Shown here: one piece after another, positions 48,101 through 56,498 of the stretch
Position numbering within the stretch: the first letter of the stretch is position 1
Layout of the letters: every line of letters starts with the position of its first letter
Source: Mobula birostris
Taxonomy: Eukaryota
Assembly: GCF_030028105.1 (NCBI RefSeq)
Contig: NC_092381.1
Span: 28,561,550 to 28,625,549, forward strand
DNA length: 64,000 bases
Direction of reading: 5' to 3'
Translations under genes and position numbers: made by a program
The notes under the pieces: model-generated
Told to the model about the DNA's origin: nothing
Seen by the model: only the letters and a program-made list of their open reading frames with translations
The model's database searches: none

Positions 48101-51100
48101 GCATTCTGTGTTACCTGTTCATTAAAGACAGTCTCTAAATATAGATCTATTTTTCTCTAAACACATTCTTTGTGTAAGGGCACTACTTTGTTGTGAATGA
48201 TAAAACTTGCCTTCTCCAATGTAAAGTATCTGCAATATTTTGTTTTCACCTTATAATTTATCTATTGCCTGGTTTGTGTTAAAATCATCTGGTGCAAGTT
48301 CAAAATTTGATCAAAGATATTTGCTGAACATGAATCCAAATTATCAAGTACTCAAATCAAGTCAGTCTTTTTGGTTTACTGACTTGGGTCGTGTTTTGAT
48401 ACAAATAAAAATTAACCACATCTTTATTTTTTTTTAAATCTGCCAGTTGTTTCAGTTCTCAAATTATTTCATTTGATTATAGGAATATCATCCTTGCATT
48501 TGCTGGTACTCTACGACATGGTCTAATTCCAAATCTGCTCGGACATGGAATATATGCACGATATAATTGCAGGGATGCTGTCTGGTGGTGGCTTCAGTGC
48601 ATTCAGGATTACTGCAAAATGGTTGAGAATGGATTGGAAATTCTCAAATGTCCTGTCAGTCGGCTATATCCCACTGACCGTTCCCCAGCTCTTGCTCCAG
48701 GCTCTGTGGTAATTGTTTACTTTCTTCTAGTTATTTCCAGCTTTGTATAGCTATGGTGTAACTGACTTTTTTAAAAGTGACAAGTCTTTATGATTTTATT
48801 GATGCAAAATTATCCAAGATATTTCCTTTATTACTTTATCTACATCTTCCATGTTAGGATTTGGATCTGGTAGAATTAGAACCTGGAACAGTACACTAGA
48901 GGAACAGGGCCTTCAGCCAAACACAGAGCCAAATTGAATCAAATCAAATTAAAAGAAGTTCATTTTAGTTTTCATATAAGACTATAAGATACAGGAAGAG
49001 TATTAGGCCATTTGGCCCATCAAGTCTGTTCTGCCATTTAATCATGGCTGATCTATCTTCCCCCTCAGCCCCAATCTCCTTCCTTCTCCCCGTATCCCTT
49101 CATGTCCTGACCAATCAAGAATCTATCGACCTCTGCCTTAAATTACATAAAGACTTGGCCTCCACGGCTTACTGTGGCCTAGAATTCTACAGATTCACCA
49201 CTCTCTGGCTAAAGAAATTCCTCCTCATCTCTGTTCTAAAAGGACACCCCTCTATTCTGAGGCTGTGTCCTTTGGTCTTAGACTCTCCCTCCACAGAAAA
49301 CATCCACTCTATCAAGGCCATTCACCATCTGATAAGTTTCAATGAGGTCACCCTCATTCTTCTGATTCTAATGAGTACAGGTCATATGCATGATTATAGT
49401 GGAAAGGAATGATACATAATCTGATGCTTCTGTCTAAAGAATAACCTGCAAACAAAAAAACTAAAAGTAATGGTCTTTTATTGTAAGTATTATCAGAAGC
49501 ACAATCTTACTCGCTTATTCAAATTTGCTTGAGGCAGCAGTTATGTAGGAATGATGTCCGATGCTTCCCACCCTTGTCCACTGACGCATGCACACACCTA
49601 TCTTCGAAGTTCAAAGTCTTTCAAGCTACTTATTGCAAAATGTACTTCCTCTTGTCTGCATCTAAGGTTTAAAATATTCTTTTTAATAAAACTGTGAAGA
49701 TCCACTCGAGCTGGAGAAGTGTATTTAATTATCTTGTGTGATCTTGTTCACAGTTCATTCCTTTAGCACTTGCATTACGCCCCATGCATCAGCCAAATCA
49801 AACAATCTTCTGATCTTAGTTTAGAGGTTGACAGTGGTAATGAGAATTCTTCCAGCCAAATGTACAAAAATACACAAGCTGGAATGTTCCTATGAGTCAA
49901 AGATATTCCAGGGAATCGGTATTGTAAAATTGAAAAAATAGCAATAATGTGAAAAATCATTCTGTTTATGATGGCTGTCCATGTGGGTTTTGCTAAAGAT
50001 CTTGTGAAAGTTTGAATATGATGCACGAAGTACAGATGTGGTAATAAAGTATCTTGGATCATAAAGAATGACTCTCAGTGAGGTGGGTATTGTGATAGAA
50101 TTGAGGGAAGGGAAGATGAGGAAAAAGGAGATGAAAAGTTGGGGGTAGGCATGAAGAAGAAGTGTGGAACTTGTGCATGTCTGCGTGCGCAGACAGCTTG
50201 TGCCTGTCCGTCCTGTTTGTGCACTGAAAGATGTGATAAGTACGAGCAGTAGAGCCACATATGTCTCCAATCATCTTACCTCCTCCTTATCGTTTGACTA
50301 AGAACCTGCCTTTTTTGACTTAGAACCTGCCTTGTCATGACATTGTGCTGTTTGGTATGCAGTAAGCACTCCAGAGAAAAAGATATCATTTGTGGAAGTC
50401 TGCCATTGCTCAGAATAGAGACTGAGATCTGGAAAATCATGAGTAAGCCCTACAGTGGCAAACCTGAATGTCACTCTTACTGAACCTTAACGTTAATTTC
50501 TTGAATGACGGGAAAAAAAGTTAGCTTTATTTACCGGATTACATCAAAGCATGTGTGAAATATATTACACAATGACCAACACAGTCATCAGTCGGCTGTA
50601 AAAGAAATGGAGAGGAAACAACTCAACCTCAGTCCCTAGTATCTGTCTAAGTGGAAGAGAAGATTGAGCAATGCAATTTTAAGTATGCCCCCGAGCAACT
50701 TACAGTACTTCCTTGTTGGTGTCGGTCGGTGTCACTCCATGAGTGAATGTAACGTAAGCAAGGCATTTGACAAGGTACCCCATGCAAGGCTTATTGAGAA
50801 AGTAAGGAGGCATGGGATCCAAGAGGACATTGCTTTGTGGATCCAGAACTGGCTTGCCCACAGAAGGCAAAGAGTGGTTGTAGACAGGTCATATTCTGCA
50901 TGGAGGTCAGTGTGCCTGAAGGATCTGTTCTGGGACCCCTACTCTTCGTGATTTTTATGAGTGACCTGGATGAGGAAGTGGAGGGATGGGTTAGTAAGTT
51001 TGCTGATGACACAAAGGTTGGGGGTGTTGTGAATAGTGTGGAGGGCTGTCAGAGGTTACAGCAGGACATCAATAGGATGCAAACTGGGCTGAGAAGTGGT

Positions 51101-54100
51101 AGATGGAGTTCAACCCAGACAAGTGTGAGGTGGTTTATTTTGGTGGGTCAAATATGATGGCAGAATATAGTATTAATGGTAAGACTCTTGGCAGTGTGGA
51201 GGATCAGAGAGATCTTGGGGTCCGAGTCCATAGGACACTCAAAGCTGCTGCACAGGTTGACTCTGTGGTTAAGAAAACATACGGTGCATTGGCCTTCGTC
51301 AATTGTGGGATTGAGTTTAGGAGCCAAGAGGTAATGTTGCAGCTATATAGGACCCTGGTCAGACCCCACTTGGAGTACTGTGCTCAGTTGTTGCCTCACT
51401 ATAGGAAGGATGTGGAAGCCATAGAAAGGGTGCAGAGGAGATTTACAAGGATGTTGCCAGGATTGGGGAGCATGCCTTATGAGAATAGGTTGAGTGAACT
51501 CAGCCTTTTCTCCTTGGAGCAATGGAGGATGAGAGGTGACCTGATAGAGGTGTGTAAGATGAGAGAGGCATTGATCATATGGATAGTCACAGGCTTTTTC
51601 CCAGGGCTGAAATGACTAGCATGAGAGGGCACAGTTTTAAGGTGCTTTGACGAAGGTACAGAGGAGATGTCAGGGGTAAGTTTTTTTATGCAGAGAATGG
51701 TGAGTGCATGGAATAGGCTGCCGGCGATGGTGGTGGAGGCGGATACAATAGGGTCTTTTAAGAGATTGCTGGACAGGTACATGGAGCTCAGAAAAATAGA
51801 GGGCTATGGGTAACCCTAGGTAATTTCCAAGGTAAAGACATGTTCGGCACAGCCTGTATTATGCAGTAGGTTTTCTATGTTTCTATTTAAACAAGAATGA
51901 ATCCTCTCTTTTTTTTTTTGGTGGTATGTGTGAGTAGCCTTGGGAAAGTGGGAAAGGAAAAGATCAATAAAAGGCATGTTAATTTCACCAGAGGTAGCAT
52001 ACAGTTCTTTGTCATTTGTTTGTCCTGCACCAAGGTTCCCTATTTCTTTTAGAGGAAGGCATGCTGTTTTTGAGCTCTACTAACAACATTCCAGTGCAGA
52101 AAGGCCCTAGTATAATGAGTGAGTGATTCTTGCTATTTCTACTTAGCAAACTTTGTGCAGGGCAAGTTGTGTCTTGCTCAGCATGGTTTTGTGCAGGGCA
52201 AGTTGTGTCTTGCTCAGCATGGTTTTGTGCAGGGCAAGTCGTATCTTACTAACTAAATTGAATTTCCTGAGGAGGTGATGAGGTTTATTGATAAACGTAG
52301 GGCTGTGGATGCTGTCAACGTGAATCTTAATAAGGAGCTAGACAAGGTCCCTTATGGAAGGCTAATCCAGAAAATTAAGATGCATGACAGCCATGGTGAA
52401 TTGGCCATCTAGATTCAGAATTGTCTTTCCCATGGAAAACAGAAGATAGTTGTAGATGGGATTTATTTCGGCTGTAGGTCTGCGATTAGTGTTGTCCTAC
52501 AGAGGATCTGTACTGGGACCTCTGCTGTTGGTGACCTGGCTGAAATCATAGATGTGTGTTAAGTTTGCAGGTGATACAAAGATTGGTGGTATTGTGGATA
52601 GCGTTGAAGATTGGCAAAAGATACAATGAGAGATAGGTCAATTGCAGATATGGGCAGAGAACTGGCAGATGGAGTTTAACCCGGCCAAATGTGAGGCATT
52701 GGGAAATCAAGTGTAAAGAGACAGTGCACTACAAAGCCCTTAACAATGCTGATGAGCAAGGAGTCTTGGGGTCCAAGTTCATAGCTACACAGATTGATAG
52801 AGTGGCATGTTTGCCTTTGATTATCAAAGAGTTGAGTTAAAATTGGATAGTTGGGCTGCAGCTTTGTAGAACGCTACTTATGCTGCAGCTGGGCTATTGC
52901 ACAGCCTGTGGTCTTCCGGTTAGGAAGTCAAGGATCTAATTACAGAAGGAGGTACAGAGGCCCAGGTTCTGCAACTTCTCAATCGGGATTGTGGGAATGA
53001 TGGTATTAAATGCTGAGCTGTAGTCAATGAACAGCTCCCAAAGCGATGTAACTAAGTTGCTAATAAGCAAACTTGTTGAAAATTAACATTTAATATTTGT
53101 TAATTGCAGTAACTTGTAAAAAATCATGAAAAATAAAGTGACAATATTCTTTTTTATTAGAACGTTATAAATCTTGCCATTAAATCGTGTTTGTGAAATG
53201 ATTTGTCTTAACTAATCACAAACACAAGAAAATCAGAAGATGCTGGAAATCCAAGCAGCGCACACAAAATGCTGGAGGAATGCAACAGGCTAGGCAGCAT
53301 CTTTTGAAAAGAATAAACAGTCGATGTTTCAGGTCAATGCCCTTCATCGGCAAATCTGACAAAAGGTCAGCCTGAAATCTTCTCCATAGATGCTGCCTGG
53401 CCTGCTGAGTTCCTCCAGCATTTTGTGTGTCTTAGCAATGTTTTCTTTCTGATATATTCTCCCTTGGTGCACTTTAGTGCATTGTTATAGTCTAGTGGAA
53501 AGTCCAGAGGGGATATTTAGTTAACCCTGTTTGACCATCATCAGAGATCCTCACAAGCCAGGCCATGCTTTTTTCTCACTGCTGATATTAGTAGAAGTAC
53601 TAGAACCTCAGGGCTGACACCACCAGATTTGACCTATATTTACTACCCCTCAACCATTGGGCTCCTGAACTAAAGGGGATAACTACACACACTTGCCCAT
53701 CTATTGAGATATTCCCGCAACCAATGATCTCACTTTAAGTATTTTCTATCTTGTTATTTCATGTTCTCGCTATTTATTGCTGTTTATTTATATTTGCATT
53801 TTCAGAGTTTGTTGGTTTCTGCACTCTACTCAATGATCCTGTTATGGTACTATTCTGTAGATTTGCTGAGTATGCCCACAAGAAAATGAATCTCAGGGTT
53901 GTATGTGGTGACATATGTGTACTCTGATGGTAAAATTTACTTTTGAACTTAGAACCTTGAGAGCAAAGGAAGTTTAGTCATAGGCATACTTTATTGATCC
54001 CGGGGGAAATTGGTTTTTGTTACAGTTGCTCCATAAATAATAAATAGTAATAGAACCATAAATAGTTAAATAGTAATATGTAAATTATGCCAGTGAATTA

Positions 54101-56441
54101 TGAAATAAGTCCAGGACCAGCCTATTGGCTCAGGGTGTCTGACCCTCCAAGGGAGGAGTTGTAAAGTTTGATGGCCACAGGCAGGAATGACTTCCTATGA
54201 TGCTCTGTGCTGCATCTTGGTGGAATGAGTCTCTGGCTGAATGTACTCCTGTGCCCACCCAGTACATTATATAGTGGATGGGAGACATTGACCAAGATGG
54301 CATGCAACTTAGACAGCATCCTGTTTTCAGACACCACTGTGAGAGAGTCCAGTTCCATCCCCGCAACATCACTGGCTTTACGAATGACTGGCCTTAGTGA
54401 GTGTAACTAGATATGGTGAAGCAATTGGCCCTGCAACATTGATTTGACCCATGAGGTCTGCTGCAGAATTGGGTGTAATACATGCTAAGGAGGCCAAGCA
54501 CCTAAAAAGTTGGGAGTTGGATTAACTAGCACATTGCAGTAGACACCTGATGTTGGAAGATATATTTCCCCTCTTGGTCCAATTTCGGTATTGACGTAGC
54601 AATTTTTGTTAAATTGAGTTTGTGTTGAAATGTTCTGTATTAGGAGCAGCCACTACACGATGTCATGCAGGAAGCCATGCAGCGCCATATGGAAGGTGTA
54701 GAGTACAGAGAAAGAAATGCTGGACCTCATATGGACACACGCATGAAAGATGAAGGTAATTATGCAACAATTTTGGTACCTATACACTGCTTAAAAATAA
54801 AGCACCAAGTCATTTTTAAATTATAATGAATTTTGAGACATTTTAAACATTGAGTTTATTTTCCTTCTAGGTTTCAATGTTTCTATAGGGGTCAACCTAG
54901 AGACAGGTTTTGTGTTTGGTGGACATCGGTTCAACTGTGGTACCTGGATGGATAACATGGGAGAAAGTAACAGAGCTCAAAACAGAGGAATTCCAGCCAC
55001 CCCAAGGTAAAATGAGATTTAAAATATTGTATTTCAAGAACATTTTCAAAACTGTTCTAAAATTTGTTTTTAATAACCATTTAATGAACCCATGTATATC
55101 TTAAGCTTTAATGAAAATAATTTTTTTGTGATGTCGAAACTTGAATTTTAATACTGAAAGTTTTGCTAAAAGTTCAGACAAACGTAACAGTGGTAGGTAC
55201 TATGAATAATAAAAATGCACTGTGGGAGAAAGTTCTTTGACTTGCATGAAGGTTAAGTTCCCATAGTCGTCAGTTAGTTACATTTATTTTCGAGCAGAGC
55301 CATCATAATTGGTAAACACATTAGAAAAGCACCTGGCTCTAAGTATGAGTTGTTATGGACAGATTATTATTGGGTCCCATGGTGGCACAGCAGATGGTGC
55401 TGCAGCTGTATTTTGCTGGATGTGGAGAGGTGTACAGGAGGGGAATAAATCAGTTGATTGAATGGTCTCACAACAACAACCTTGCACTCAGTGTCAGTAA
55501 TACATTGTGGACTTCAGGAAGGGCAAGTTGAAGGAACACACGCCAGTCCTCATCAAGGGATTAGCAGTGAAAAGGGTGAGCAGCTTCAAGTTCTTTGGTG
55601 TCAACATCTCTGAAGATCCATCCTGGGCCCAACATATTGGTGCAGTTACTGGTCCCATCACTGTCTGGTATGAAAGGGCCACTGCATAGGGCTGTAAAAG
55701 CTGCAGAAAATTGAAACTCAGCCAGTTCTATCATGGGCATTGTCCTTTCCAGCATGGACAACTTCAAAAGTGTGTGCCTGAAAAAAAGGACATCCGTCAT
55801 TAGTCATAGTCATACTTTATCGATCCCAGGGGAAATTGGTCTTCGTTACAGTTGCACCATAAATAATAAATAGTAATAAAACCATAAATAGTTAAATAGT
55901 ATTATGTAAATTATGCCAGGAAACAAGTCCAGGACCAGCCTATTGGCTCAGGGTGTCTGACCCTCCAAGGAAAGAGTTGTAAAGTTTGATGGCCACAGGC
56001 AGGAATGACTTCCTGTGACGCTCTGTGCTGCATCTCGGTGGAATGAGTCTCTGGCTGAATGTACTCCTGTGCCCATCCAGTACATTATGTAGTGGATGGG
56101 AGACATTGTCCAAGATGGCATGCAACTTGGACAGCATCCTCTTTTCAGACACCACCGTCAGAGAGTCCCGTTCCATCCACAACATCACTGGCCTTACGAA
56201 TGAGTTTGTTGATTCTGTTGGTGCCTGCTACCCTCATTAAGGACCCTCATCACCCAGGTCATGCCCTCATTTCATTACTAGCATCAAGGAAGAGGTACAG
56301 GTGTGCAAAGGTGCACACTGAGTATTTTGGGAACAGCTTCTTCCTCTCCACCATCAGATTTGTGAATGGACAATGAACCCATGCACACTACCTCACTATT
56401 TTCCCCTCTCTTTTTGCACTACCTATTTAATTTAATTATAT

Positions 56442-56498
<57 letters not shown>

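Noticed and set aside
49753-49813. Cryptic acceptor (ttgttcacag) as an alternative AGL exon
   Set aside because: In the AGL frame it reaches a stop after 19 codons and shows no AGL similarity; no support from sequence alone.
49890-50270. 126-aa minus-strand ORF with a signal-peptide-like N-terminus ([17 protein letters not shown])
   Set aside because: It starts at TTG rather than ATG, has no recognisable domain, and its hydrophobicity follows from the purine-rich opposite strand.
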